From the NCBI GenBank assembly GCA_002010215.1, contig MTMY01000003.1, positions 62,001 to 126,000 on the forward strand: 64,000 bases of DNA, read 5' to 3'. Below the pieces are notes generated by a model. That model was given only the letters and a program-made list of their open reading frames with translations. It did no database searches and had not been told where the DNA came from. This document shows, in pieces, positions 28,104 to 37,339 of this stretch. The translations under genes were made by a program, and so were the position numbers. The DNA is from Archaeoglobus sp. JdFR-37. Lineage in GTDB: Archaea; Halobacteriota; Archaeoglobi; Archaeoglobales; Archaeoglobaceae. Position 1 is the stretch's first letter. Every line of letters begins with the position of its first letter.

Positions 28104-29448
28104 ATTCAATCAGGACTGTACTGCCTGCTGCAAAGTAATGGATACCCTTTTCGATTTCGGACATGAAATTACTTGGTTTAGGATTATAGAATGGCGGAGA
28201 TTGTAACATTATGCCAAAATAATTTCTACTATACAGTTTGATTACATCGAAAATCTGAAAAAGACTCCGCCCAAAAGAAAATATGGATTGACTATCAATA
28301 ATGAAGAAATGAAACTCTGAATCTTCCTTAGCATTTTCAAAAGTCCTGACGAGTTGTTTAACGCCACCTTTATAGTGCTCACCACAGAAAATACCTTCAT
28401 CGTGAAAATAATCAAGCTCAAAAAGAACAGGATAAAAATTGATGGGATATGGATATAATCCAATAACTGTAAACCCAAATGTCTTCTCACTCACAAACCC
28501 AACTCCATAAGGCGTGAAGGTCTGCAGCTTTCCCTCATCAAGCAACTTCTTGAGCTCCTCCTCACTGAGTTGCTCATAACCTTTGACTTTTTCCAAGAGA
28601 AAATCCACGGGCTTGATACCATTAATCTCCCCTATGACTAAACCTTTTTTCGTAACCCTCACATCCTCCACATTTGCAAGCCTGCCCTTGATTATCTCCA
28701 AGGTCTCCTCGTAACTCTTCCCCCTCTCTGGAAATATATCGCTGTAATAGGCGTTAATTCTCCCTTTGAAGCATAAGGCAGCAGCACCAGGGCTTACAAA
28801 CCTGTAATTTGCCAGAATGAAGGGTGTTGATGTTGCAGCCTGAAGTGGGAGAAGGTTTAACCCCACAATTGGCGTATCTCCTCCGGTTTTTCTAGCCAGA
28901 ATCCTAAGTGTTCTATTCATGGGATAAACTGAGTTTGTCCGATCAAGATACTCTGAATATTTCTCCATTATTTTCATTCTTTCGGTTTCATTAACCTTTT
29001 GAAATTTACCGTAAAATCTACGGTCATTAAAGAAAGTTATCCCTAACCTGAGCTTTCCAGGGAAATAAATAGCCGGAAAAGCAAGAACTATGAGGTCCCA
29101 CCCTCTGCCTATTTTACTCCCAAGATTTTCTGCAGTCTTCGTGGCACCTTTCCCCTTTTCATGAAAAACCCTCACATCTCCATCGTACTCCATCAGCAGG
29201 ATGCATACGCCTCGGGTGTGGATGGTTCTGGTTAGCACATAGCCTTCTATCACAATTCCCAGCATCTGCGCCTCCGGGAACCTCTTTTGAAGTAATTCAT
29301 TGAAAGCTTTCCAGAACATCCAAGTACTCTCTGTCAGAAAAAGCATAACAACATTTGGTTTGAAATCTACTAAATCCAATTTTTCTCTAATCTCAGCGTA
29401 ACACTTCCTGATGTTGATCTCAGATGAGTGAACAACGCTGACCCTCAT
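28090..29448 (-). CDS. FIST-domain-like sensory protein (divergent)
   Basis: N-terminal PNVVMLFL...RFPEAQMLGIVIEG...GVCILL and later VIGEINGIKPVDFL resemble the FIST_N/FIST_C consensus. No obvious TM segments. Confidence 0.6.
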   Translation of the reverse strand: MRVSVVHSSEINIRKCYAEIREKLDLVDFKPNVVMLFLTESTWMFWKAFNELLQKRFPEAQMLGIVIEGYVLTRTIHTRGVCILLMEYDGDVRVFHEKGKGATKTAENLGSKIGRGWDLIVLAFPAIYFPGKLRLGITFFNDRRFYGKFQKVNETERMKIMEKYSEYLDRTNSVYPMNRTLRILARKTGGDTPIVGLNLLPLQAATSTPFILANYRFVSPGAAALCFKGRINAYYSDIFPERGKSYEETLEIIKGRLANVEDVRVTKKGLVIGEINGIKPVDFLLEKVKGYEQLSEEELKKLLDEGKLQTFTPYGVGFVSEKTFGFTVIGLYPYPINFYPVLFELDYFHDEGIFCGEHYKGGVKQLVRTFENAKEDSEFHFFIIDSQSIFSFGRSLFQIFDVIKLYSRNYFGIMLQSPPFYNPKPSNFMSEIEKGIHYFAAGSTVLIEFMRK

Positions 29449-29810
29449 ACAACCACGAGGTTGTTAATTTCTCTGCATGCTGATTCTAAGTCTAGGTCCA
29501 GCTTGTAAAGCGGGGTCTCATCTCTCGCAATTATACTGAGAACAAGCGTCTTAGAAACGGGATACATTCTAACAATCATGTCCTGAAATTTGAAGCTTGC
29601 CTCGCTTAGGTTTCTGGTGAATATGTAATAAAGCACTTCCTTAATCTGCCCCTCAAGCCAGTAAAGGAGTGTCGTCAGCTTTACTTTTTTATCTCTTTTT
29701 GCCTTCACATAAATAGGCACACCATCTATTCTGTGGAGAACTACCATATATATGCCAGGGTCGGATGAAAAGGGCTCCAGAAGCTCTGAAATCCTCAACA
29801 AGAGGCTCAT
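29445..29810 (-). CDS. Roadblock/LC7-like small protein
   Basis: 121 aa; helix, then GIYMVVLHRIDGVPIY beta-hairpin, helix, beta strands and a terminal helix, which fits the roadblock/longin topology. Confidence 0.6.
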   Translation of the reverse strand: MSLLLRISELLEPFSSDPGIYMVVLHRIDGVPIYVKAKRDKKVKLTTLLYWLEGQIKEVLYYIFTRNLSEASFKFQDMIVRMYPVSKTLVLSIIARDETPLYKLDLDLESACREINNLVVV

Positions 29811-30637
29811 TTGAGACTCCTCAGGATAGTTTTTATAGCTTCCTCGGTTCCAGCCACGCCTGCGTCACACATCTTCTTTAGTTTTTTGTAAAGGTCCTGG
29901 GGCACCTTTACCCCCATCTTTCTGATGAGAGAATCTATGTCAACTTTCTCTCTTCTTACCTCGATATAATCAACACCCTCAACAACTATACCAACACCAT
30001 CCAGAATGCGATAGGGAAAAACGCCCTCAGCATGCCAGCTACCGCGGTGCTTTATTATCCTCAGGGTTCTGTTGAATGCCTCCCCATATCCTATATTCTT
30101 CAACTGTAGAACTGTATCGCCAAGGAAAAGTGGGATTGTTACAGAAGGCTCATCCAGATTTCCGCTAAGGGGCTCTTCCAGCGTGATAACAGTTGTTCCA
30201 AGACTTCTGAGCTTATAGAAAAACCAGTTAACATCATTTCTCATCTCATAGCTGAGTGACGAGACAAGGGGGGTGAAAGAGTCGATGACTATTCTGGAAT
30301 TTCCGTCGCTTCCACTCATAATAAAACTCATAAGCTCGTTATTCAGATAAGAAACATTCTCAGCAAAAAACCTCCTAACCTTCAGCCTTTCCTCTTCTAT
30401 GTAGTCTTTCACTTCTTCCCAGCCTAAACTAAGGGCTGTATCCAGCACACCTTTTTCATCCATATCAAATGATACATAAACTCCATTTTCACCTTTTTCA
30501 AGACCCTTCATGAGAAATTGAAGGGTGAAAATGGTTTTTCCAGTTCCTGTTGAACCGAGAATCACTGTAACTGTGTTTTTTCTTAGACCCCCTCCAAGAA
30601 GGGAGTCGAGACCAAAGACTCCTGTTTCAACCCTCAT
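29807..30637 (-). CDS. KaiC-like (RAD55/GvpD family) single-domain ATPase
   Basis: RVETGVFGLDSLLGGG, GSTGTGKT, RIVIDS and RTLRIIKHRGSWH motifs. Confidence 0.88.
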   Translation of the reverse strand: MRVETGVFGLDSLLGGGLRKNTVTVILGSTGTGKTIFTLQFLMKGLEKGENGVYVSFDMDEKGVLDTALSLGWEEVKDYIEEERLKVRRFFAENVSYLNNELMSFIMSGSDGNSRIVIDSFTPLVSSLSYEMRNDVNWFFYKLRSLGTTVITLEEPLSGNLDEPSVTIPLFLGDTVLQLKNIGYGEAFNRTLRIIKHRGSWHAEGVFPYRILDGVGIVVEGVDYIEVRREKVDIDSLIRKMGVKVPQDLYKKLKKMCDAGVAGTEEAIKTILRSLK

Positions 30638-30712
30638 TACCTTCACCTTAATGTAGTGCTGTAAAGAAATAGAATTCCTCGTATAAATTTCTTCCGATAG
30701 ACTTCTGGAAAA

Positions 30713-31762
30713 TTACTTGTCCTCAATGCCCCTCTCTGTCACCTTGAATACAGCTTCACTTTCCGGCAGGTGTGGTGAATCAATAAGCCTGGCAACTCTG
30801 AGCTCTCCTTTGCTTTTTCTCAGGTATATTCTGAAGGTTGCTGTATGGGCAACTATATGGCCGCCGACAGGCTTTGTGGGGTCGCCAAAGAAGGTATCAG
30901 GTTTCGCCATCACCTGATTCGTAACGACGATTGCAGCATTGAAAATCTCACCAAACCTCATGAGGTCGTGAAGATGTCTGTTCAACTTCTGCTGCCTATC
31001 AGCAAGCGTACCTCTGCCAACGTATTCTGCCCTGAAATGAGCCATCAGGGAGTCAACGATCAGGAGCTTAACGTTTTTACCTTCCTTCTTCAGCTTATTT
31101 GCAAGTTCCTTGGCATTGTCAACAAGAAGCATCTGATGGTTGGAGTTGTAGGCCTGGGCAACGTATATGTTTTTGAGGACCTCCTCTCCATCTAACCCCT
31201 TTGCCTCTGCCATCTGAATGATCCTCTCCGGCCTGAAGGTGTTCTCGGTGTCTATGACTATAACTGCTCCCTCCAGACCTCCGGCATCTCTGGGAAGCTG
31301 CACGTTGACGGCAAGCTGATGGCATATTTGCGTTTTTCCCGAACCAAACTCCCCGAAGAGCTCCGTTATAGCCTGAGTCTCCACACCCCCACCAAGGAGG
31401 TTATCCAGAGCAATGCTGCCAGTTGTTATCTTGCCAACTTTCCTTCTCCTTTCCAGTATTTTCTCTCCGCTTTCAAACCCTCCGATGTCAGCAAGTTTTC
31501 TGGCGGCAGAAACGATCTTTGCTGCTGTTGACTCGCCAATTTCTGCTGCAGCACTGAGTTCAGCTGGTGAAGCGACAGCGACAGCCTCAATAGTGGAAAA
31601 ACCAGCCTCTCTCAACTTCTCTGCAATCGCCGGCCCCACATTGGGTAGATCTTCTAGATCCAGAATTTTTTCGAATTCCTCAGCAACCTCTCCAGGGTTT
31701 TCTTTCCCGCCCTTCTCCGCAATAGCATTTTTTTCCTCAGTATCATTCTTTTTTCTCGCCAT
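30713..31762 (-). CDS. radA: DNA repair and recombination protein RadA
   Basis: N-terminal Hh[33 protein letters not shown]. Confidence 0.97.
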   Translation of the reverse strand: MARKKNDTEEKNAIAEKGGKENPGEVAEEFEKILDLEDLPNVGPAIAEKLREAGFSTIEAVAVASPAELSAAAEIGESTAAKIVSAARKLADIGGFESGEKILERRRKVGKITTGSIALDNLLGGGVETQAITELFGEFGSGKTQICHQLAVNVQLPRDAGGLEGAVIVIDTENTFRPERIIQMAEAKGLDGEEVLKNIYVAQAYNSNHQMLLVDNAKELANKLKKEGKNVKLLIVDSLMAHFRAEYVGRGTLADRQQKLNRHLHDLMRFGEIFNAAIVVTNQVMAKPDTFFGDPTKPVGGHIVAHTATFRIYLRKSKGELRVARLIDSPHLPESEAVFKVTERGIEDK

Positions 31763-31934
31763 TATCAATCCCTTTTAGAGCATAGATTTAAACATTTAAT
31801 GTTTTTCGAGTGGAGTGAAAGTGTAAAAGTGTAAATATGGTTAAGTAGATATTTAGCCCTCCACGCGAGTGCCTGTTAAAGCAAATTAGGAGGCAAAGTA
31901 AGGAATATATACTATTAAACAAAGATAATACCTT

Positions 31935-31994
31935 GCTCCGCTGTCCACGCCCGGGTGAGAAACATGATCCCGGGTCGGTTAGCGGAGCTACAAC
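31935..31994 (+). ncRNA. Single-hairpin H/ACA pseudouridylation guide RNA with K-loop
   Basis: Lower stem GCTCCGCT/AGCGGAGC, pocket GTCCAC/CGGTT, upper stem GCCCGGG/CCCGGGT, K-loop TGA..ATGAT, ACA at 31990-31992. TATATA at 31906-31911 upstream and a T-run downstream. Confidence 0.85.
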
Positions 31995-32022
31995 TTTTGA
32001 ATTCCTAAAATTCCTGAATTTT

Positions 32023-33228
32023 CTAGAGGAAAGGCATCAGTGCAAAGGTTTTTGCATCCTCAATTATGTTCCTTAAAACTGCGTACTCATTGGGCATGTG
32101 GGCTACTCCGTCAACTGTGGACCAAACAGCCGTCTCTATACCAGCCTTTCTGAAGAAAGCTCCGCAGGTGTTTCCACCTATACCGTAAACCTTTGCATCA
32201 ATATTTCGAGATATCTTTAATGCCCTTTTTAGGAGCTGAACAACCTCACTTTTCTCAGGAGTGGGTGGAGAAGATTCCCTCTGAACGATGTCCACATCTA
32301 TTCTGTAGCCATCTGCAAGCTCATATTCTCTCTTAAATTCCGTGATAAATTTCAGAATGTCTTCGATATCGTAATCGGGAATTATTCTGCAATCCATGTA
32401 GCTAACATCCAGCCCGGGAATGGTGTTGATGTTATCCACATTTTTTTCCCTTTTTGTGGGTTCAAAGGTTGAATTGGGAGGAGTGAAGAGTTCATTCTCT
32501 TTATCAAATTTTGCATGCAGAGCTTTATCCAGATCACGTAGAAATTTTATCGCCCTCCTGAATGCATTGTATGATGTATCAGGTCTGCTGGCATGCCCCT
32601 GCTTCCCGTAAACCATGAATTTCAGCCAGAGGATGCTCTTCTCGGCTATTTCAATCATGCTACCATCTGGTGAGCCAGCATCTGGCACGACAACTAAGTC
32701 ATCCTGATTAAAAACACCCTCTTTCAGGAGGTGCTGTATTCCGTATTTGCTTCCTGTCTCCTCATCTGAGACGAAGGCAAGAGCAAGACTATATTTCGGC
32801 TTCAACCCCAGATCAAGAATAGCTTTTGCCGCAATAAGGGATGAAACTATACCCTGACCATTATCCTCGCTGCCCCTTCCGTAGATCTTATCGCCAGCAA
32901 CTGTAGCTTTGAAAGGCTCTGTGTGCCAGAGAGTTCTGTCCCCCTCCGGCACAACATCTAAATGGCTGACGATCCACAGTGTCCTGTCGTTTTCACCTTT
33001 TATTCTTGCAACCACATTTGGTCTGATGTTCTCTTTAGCCCTTTCATCCTCAACATCATACCTTTCAACCTTAAAGCCATCGAGGTGCTGCATCAGCAGT
33101 TCTGCCTTATCGAACTCACCCATACCACCATTATCTGGAGATATAGCCACTGTTTCTATCATCTGAGAAAGGAGAGAAAGGGCATAATCCCTATATTCCT
33201 CAATTTTGTCAAGGAGTTCTACCATCAT
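32023..33228 (-). CDS. M20 family metallo-hydrolase (DapE/ArgE-like)
   Basis: SHLDVVP, GRGSEDNG, DEETGS, GHAS and AHMPNEY motifs. Confidence 0.9.
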   Translation of the reverse strand: MMVELLDKIEEYRDYALSLLSQMIETVAISPDNGGMGEFDKAELLMQHLDGFKVERYDVEDERAKENIRPNVVARIKGENDRTLWIVSHLDVVPEGDRTLWHTEPFKATVAGDKIYGRGSEDNGQGIVSSLIAAKAILDLGLKPKYSLALAFVSDEETGSKYGIQHLLKEGVFNQDDLVVVPDAGSPDGSMIEIAEKSILWLKFMVYGKQGHASRPDTSYNAFRRAIKFLRDLDKALHAKFDKENELFTPPNSTFEPTKREKNVDNINTIPGLDVSYMDCRIIPDYDIEDILKFITEFKREYELADGYRIDVDIVQRESSPPTPEKSEVVQLLKRALKISRNIDAKVYGIGGNTCGAFFRKAGIETAVWSTVDGVAHMPNEYAVLRNIIEDAKTFALMPFL

Positions 33229-33695
33229 CCCATCAGTTCCTCCACTTTCTTGATGAGTTTGTTCACTTCCTCAATGATTTCTTCATCCTCTGTCTCACTT
33301 GCTATCTTCTCCAGCTCGAGTTTGACTGGTATAAGTTTTCTCAACTTCTCGTCACCCTCAACTCCATTAACCTCATCAATCACACTCTTAAGTGTGAACA
33401 GCTTCTTTCTGGAAACAAAGTCCTTTCTCAACTCGTTTCTCAACTGCCTCAGAAGCTCTGCAATCTTCCTGCCGTCTTCGGTGAAGCGAACCACCCTGAT
33501 CCTACCCTTGAACTCGCTTTCAATCAAAGCATTTGCCTCGAACTCACTCAGCACTTTGGATATGTAGCTGTACGGGGAGCCTATTTCCTTGGATATTCCC
33601 AGGGGGTACGGCTCTTCGCCATTTTCTTCCGCTTCCAGAATTTTAACCAATATCTCCACCGTTTTCTCATGCAGAAACATCTTTTCCAGATTCAA
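33225..33695 (-). CDS. Winged-helix (MarR-like) regulator
   Basis: ISKEIGSPYSYISKVLSEF...GRIRVVRFTEDG. Confidence 0.75.
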   Translation of the reverse strand: MNLEKMFLHEKTVEILVKILEAEENGEEPYPLGISKEIGSPYSYISKVLSEFEANALIESEFKGRIRVVRFTEDGRKIAELLRQLRNELRKDFVSRKKLFTLKSVIDEVNGVEGDEKLRKLIPVKLELEKIASETEDEEIIEEVNKLIKKVEELMG

Positions 33696-34533
33696 TCTTC
33701 ACACCTCCTTCAGCGAAATGAACTACACGCTGGGGGAAGGGGATAGTGATTCCCGCCTTCTCCAGCTCCACCTTTATCTTCCAGAGCAGGTCCATCTTCA
33801 CGTCATACCACACCGTTGATGGTGCCCAGACTTTAACGACTATATTAACACTACTGTCTCCAAGGCTGTCTACGAATATTGCAGGGGGTGGGTTACGAAG
33901 GGCGAAAGGATGTGCTTCAACAACCCTTCTGATGACCTCAACGGCCTTTCCGGCATCGTCGGAGTAGCTTATGCCTATCGTGTACTCGAACCTTCTGGCG
34001 ACATTGGCAACAAAATTAGTTATGCTGGATGAGAAAACTTTTTCGTTGGGTATTCTCACATATACCCCATCATAGGTTCTGACGATTGTTGAGAGGACAT
34101 GTATGTCCTCAACAAAACCCGAAACACCTTCCACATTTATCTGGTCTCCAATCTTCACGGGCCTCTCAAAAATCAGAAAGAGCCCTGAGATGAGGTTTGC
34201 CACGACACTCTGGCTGGCAAAACCGATCACCAGCCCCACAATGCCTCCAGCCACAAGCAATCCAGTGAGGTTAACACCTATTTGAGGGAGAGCGCTGATG
34301 ACTCCTATCGTTATCACGATATAATATACTAGCTTTTCGATGACGTTGAGCAAGTCTCCAGCAATTCTATCTTTCAAGGTCCTCCTCAGGTTCGTCCTGA
34401 GAATTCTGGCGATGATTACGGCTGCAGATATCACAAATGTGAAAATAAGAACATCGTAGAGAGACGTGTCACCATAAATTTTGAATGCCAGCACGTCAGC
34501 TATATCTGTTACGGGATCGATCATAACCCCCAC
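33667..34533 (-). CDS. mscS: Small-conductance mechanosensitive channel
   Basis: GFASQSVVANLISG..FERPVKIGD, IPN, IPFPQR. Confidence 0.92.
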   Translation of the reverse strand: MGVMIDPVTDIADVLAFKIYGDTSLYDVLIFTFVISAAVIIARILRTNLRRTLKDRIAGDLLNVIEKLVYYIVITIGVISALPQIGVNLTGLLVAGGIVGLVIGFASQSVVANLISGLFLIFERPVKIGDQINVEGVSGFVEDIHVLSTIVRTYDGVYVRIPNEKVFSSSITNFVANVARRFEYTIGISYSDDAGKAVEVIRRVVEAHPFALRNPPPAIFVDSLGDSSVNIVVKVWAPSTVWYDVKMDLLWKIKVELEKAGITIPFPQRVVHFAEGGVKIESGKDVSA

Positions 34534-35222
34534 TCCATCACAAACGCCTTTCTCATCACAGGAAGTTTTCTAAGGCTGAAGAGCTCAACTGCTTTCTTCA
34601 TACCATCCATAATTGGCCTCTCAATAAATGACGTTTCCGCCACCTTGGTGTTGATGACCTTTACAGCCGCATGCATGGATGCAAAGTCTCCATAGTATAT
34701 CTTCATGTGATATGCGTCGAAAACCAGGTTTTTCACTTCTACCCAGTCGTCACAGATGTTTTTGACGTTCACTTTCATTATGCCCTCCAAATAAGGATCA
34801 ATTTCTGGAATTTGTCTATGAACATAGCTCCCCCACCATCTGCATATGACTCCATCTTTTGGCGTGCCGTAGAGGGTGTATTTCGGGCTAGTGAGTGTGA
34901 AGGAATCTAAAAGCTCCACATTCTTTCTTCCGGCAACATAGACGCCGAATTCTACTGGGAAAGTTATGTAAAAAGTCAACTCATCGTTGGGTGCAATAAA
35001 AACCGGTTCCTGCAACTCAATGAGGAGGTAATGAGTAACTTCTTTAGGAAGCCTTACAGGTTCTGAAGGGTTGACAAGAAGGCGCGAGGCAAAGGAAATG
35101 ACCTTTCTGACTTCTTGAGTTTCAGACCGCCTGTGATAAACGTAAAAACCATCTTCTTTGTATGTCTCAATTTTAATACCATCTATATTTAACGTAACAC
35201 CGAATTCATAGGAGCCAAACAT
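34521..35222 (-). CDS. DUF432 family protein
   Basis: P.EPVRLP, FPVEFGV and KYTLYGTP.DGVICR motifs, in the usual position upstream of MscS. Confidence 0.75.
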   Translation of the reverse strand: MFGSYEFGVTLNIDGIKIETYKEDGFYVYHRRSETQEVRKVISFASRLLVNPSEPVRLPKEVTHYLLIELQEPVFIAPNDELTFYITFPVEFGVYVAGRKNVELLDSFTLTSPKYTLYGTPKDGVICRWWGSYVHRQIPEIDPYLEGIMKVNVKNICDDWVEVKNLVFDAYHMKIYYGDFASMHAAVKVINTKVAETSFIERPIMDGMKKAVELFSLRKLPVMRKAFVMEWGL

Positions 35223-35351
35223 TGAGATATTCTACCCCCGGCAATATATAAAGTTTACACGGTAATATTTAAAATGCTGGTATTACCTTGGTGGTGGAGT
35301 TAGTCATCATGAGTTCTTGGATTCTTGAGGTACACTCATGTTGAAAAGATG

Positions 35352-36548
35352 CTAAAAGGGGAGAAGCGGGATTAGAGGGAGCATAAACCTAGATAACCTG
35401 AGCTTGAGTGGAATCTGGCTTCTCAAGATCTTCCACATGTCTTTGTTACTGGCCAAACTGAGAACCCTGTTTATCCTTTCATCTCTCTCTCCAATAACGT
35501 CCCATACTCTTTTTATGAAGTAGCTCCGCTCCATGGCCGGAAGCAGTCTTTTTCTCCACTCTTCCTCGAACCTCTCAAGGGGCTTTCCATTCAGGCAGTA
35601 TTGAGATGCGATTTCTCCCGCCACCTTTCCAGCGATCATAGATGTGGGGATGCCAGCACCAACATGGCTTATCACCATGCTTGCCGCATCTCCAACCAGC
35701 ATCACGTTATCGTAAACCGTCTTTTTGAGGGGTAGGTCAACAGGCACAACTGCTCCGATTTTTGAGACAATTTCGGCGTTCTTCAGCATGGGGGAGCTGT
35801 GGGGGTATTCTTTCACGAATTTATCCAGGGCTTTGTGGATGTTATCTCCCAGCCTTGCAAACTCCTTTCTGAAGCCAACACCGACGTTGGCCACTCCATT
35901 GCCTTTGGGTATTATCCATGCATAGCCGCCTGCTGCTATCTCCTTCCCAACGTACATGTAAATCGTATTTTCATCACATTCAACGCCCTCCATGACATAT
36001 TGCTTCGCCGGAACCACATCGTATTTCCATACTCCAAGATCCTTGGCAATTCTGGAGTTAGCCCCATCAGCAGCAATAACAACCCTACTTTTGATTTCTT
36101 CTCCACTATCCAACTTCAGGTTGCCGTTGTTAAGGGAAACAATCCTCCGCTTAAGTATGAGCTTCTTTCCCGATTCCTCAGCAACCGTCTGTATCATCTC
36201 GTCTCTCTTAACAACATGCATCTCGAATTCAACATCGAATGATTTCCCGTTTGGGAGGACAAAGCAGAAGTATTTGGTTCTGTTACTTTCAAAACGCTTT
36301 GGAATGTCAAAAATGGAGTAATCATCCAGCTCATCCACTTCGGGGAGTAAAAGCTTCATCTCGCTCTTTGTCGGGACAATCTCACCGCATTCCACAGGAT
36401 GTCCTGGTTTCTCTCTCTTATCGATTCCAACAACTTCAAGCTCATCGAAAATAGAGGATAGGGCGAAGCTTCCTGCAACTCCAATTCCCGCCACCACTAT
36501 GTCCAGTGTATCCATCGCTTGTATATCCATCGCTTCGCCTCTCACCAT
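35352..36548 (-). CDS. Geranylgeranyl reductase family FAD oxidoreductase
   Basis: PVECGE, ADGANS, GGYAWIIPKG and GDAA...GAGI motifs. Confidence 0.85.
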   Translation of the reverse strand: MVRGEAMDIQAMDTLDIVVAGIGVAGSFALSSIFDELEVVGIDKREKPGHPVECGEIVPTKSEMKLLLPEVDELDDYSIFDIPKRFESNRTKYFCFVLPNGKSFDVEFEMHVVKRDEMIQTVAEESGKKLILKRRIVSLNNGNLKLDSGEEIKSRVVIAADGANSRIAKDLGVWKYDVVPAKQYVMEGVECDENTIYMYVGKEIAAGGYAWIIPKGNGVANVGVGFRKEFARLGDNIHKALDKFVKEYPHSSPMLKNAEIVSKIGAVVPVDLPLKKTVYDNVMLVGDAASMVISHVGAGIPTSMIAGKVAGEIASQYCLNGKPLERFEEEWRKRLLPAMERSYFIKRVWDVIGERDERINRVLSLASNKDMWKILRSQIPLKLRLSRFMLPLIPLLPF

Positions 36549-36589
36549 ACATTTTTTAAATTTTTAGCAAAGTAAGGTTGGGGGCCGAA

Positions 36590-36886
36590 ATGCACGAAGC
36601 ATGCAGAAAAATCATAGAGTCCTTTGAGGGCCTTAAGAAAATTCTTGAGGGGAGAGCAGTCTTCAACGACGAAACCATCATTATTCCTGATCCACCCTTT
36701 GAAATAAGGATCTTGAAAAAGGAGGAACTGGTGGAGTTTCTGTGTGATGGTGAAGAAGTTGCCCTACTAACGAAGAAAGGTCTCCAGGTGAAGGATGAAG
36801 CCATCAAAGATGAAGTTGAGATGTGGATAGTTGCTCTGAGCAACCTAAGCTTCAGAAGATATAGATTCACCAAATTGAGGGATTAA
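36590..36886 (+). CDS. Hypothetical protein
   Basis: 98-aa ORF with normal codon usage filling an intergenic gap. Confidence 0.6.
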   Translation: MHEACRKIIESFEGLKKILEGRAVFNDETIIIPDPPFEIRILKKEELVEFLCDGEEVALLTKKGLQVKDEAIKDEVEMWIVALSNLSFRRYRFTKLRD

Positions 36887-37038
36887 ATTTTAAGAATTAA
36901 GATGTTTTGCTTTATCTGGACTCAAATTCTAATTCGGGCAGGATGGGGGGTTTATAAGGCTATTAAACCTGATGTTGAATTCTAATTAACTTTTAGCCCA
37001 CCAGGCCAGTACTTCAAATTAAGATTAAACAATAACAC

Positions 37039-37329
37039 TCAAACAAACCCTATGCCACCAGCAACCGGTGGAAAGACAGCTATGACATCTCCATCCTTTA
37101 TTTCAGTCTCAAAACCCCTGAGATGGTGAACATCTCTGCCGTTCACGAAGACCTTGTAAAAATCTTTGATCCTGTCATCCTCCATGATCCTCTCCCTCAA
37201 AGTCGGATATGCTGAAAAAAGAGCCTCAAATGCATCTTTCAAAGTTGAGCCTTTGAATTCCACATCAACCTCCTTTCCTGCTTCCTGAAGTGTGGCAAAA
37301 AATTTGAATTTAACTTTTTTAACCTTCAT
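37039..37329 (-). CDS. MoaD/ThiS/SAMP ubiquitin-like protein with a 4-residue extension after GG
   Basis: VKFKFFA..., VFVNGR..., IAVFPPVAGG-IGFV*. Confidence 0.88.
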   Translation of the reverse strand: MKVKKVKFKFFATLQEAGKEVDVEFKGSTLKDAFEALFSAYPTLRERIMEDDRIKDFYKVFVNGRDVHHLRGFETEIKDGDVIAVFPPVAGGIGFV

Positions 37330-37339
37330 TTAAAAAATA

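Noticed and set aside
21216..31762. Inteins in lonB, nrdJ or radA (frequent intein hosts)
   Set aside because: Protein lengths are normal, with no splice-junction or LAGLIDADG inserts.
35308..35340. CATGAGT/ACTCATG hairpin after the GGR gene
   Set aside because: Short stem, at most a 3'-end structure; not enough to call an ncRNA.
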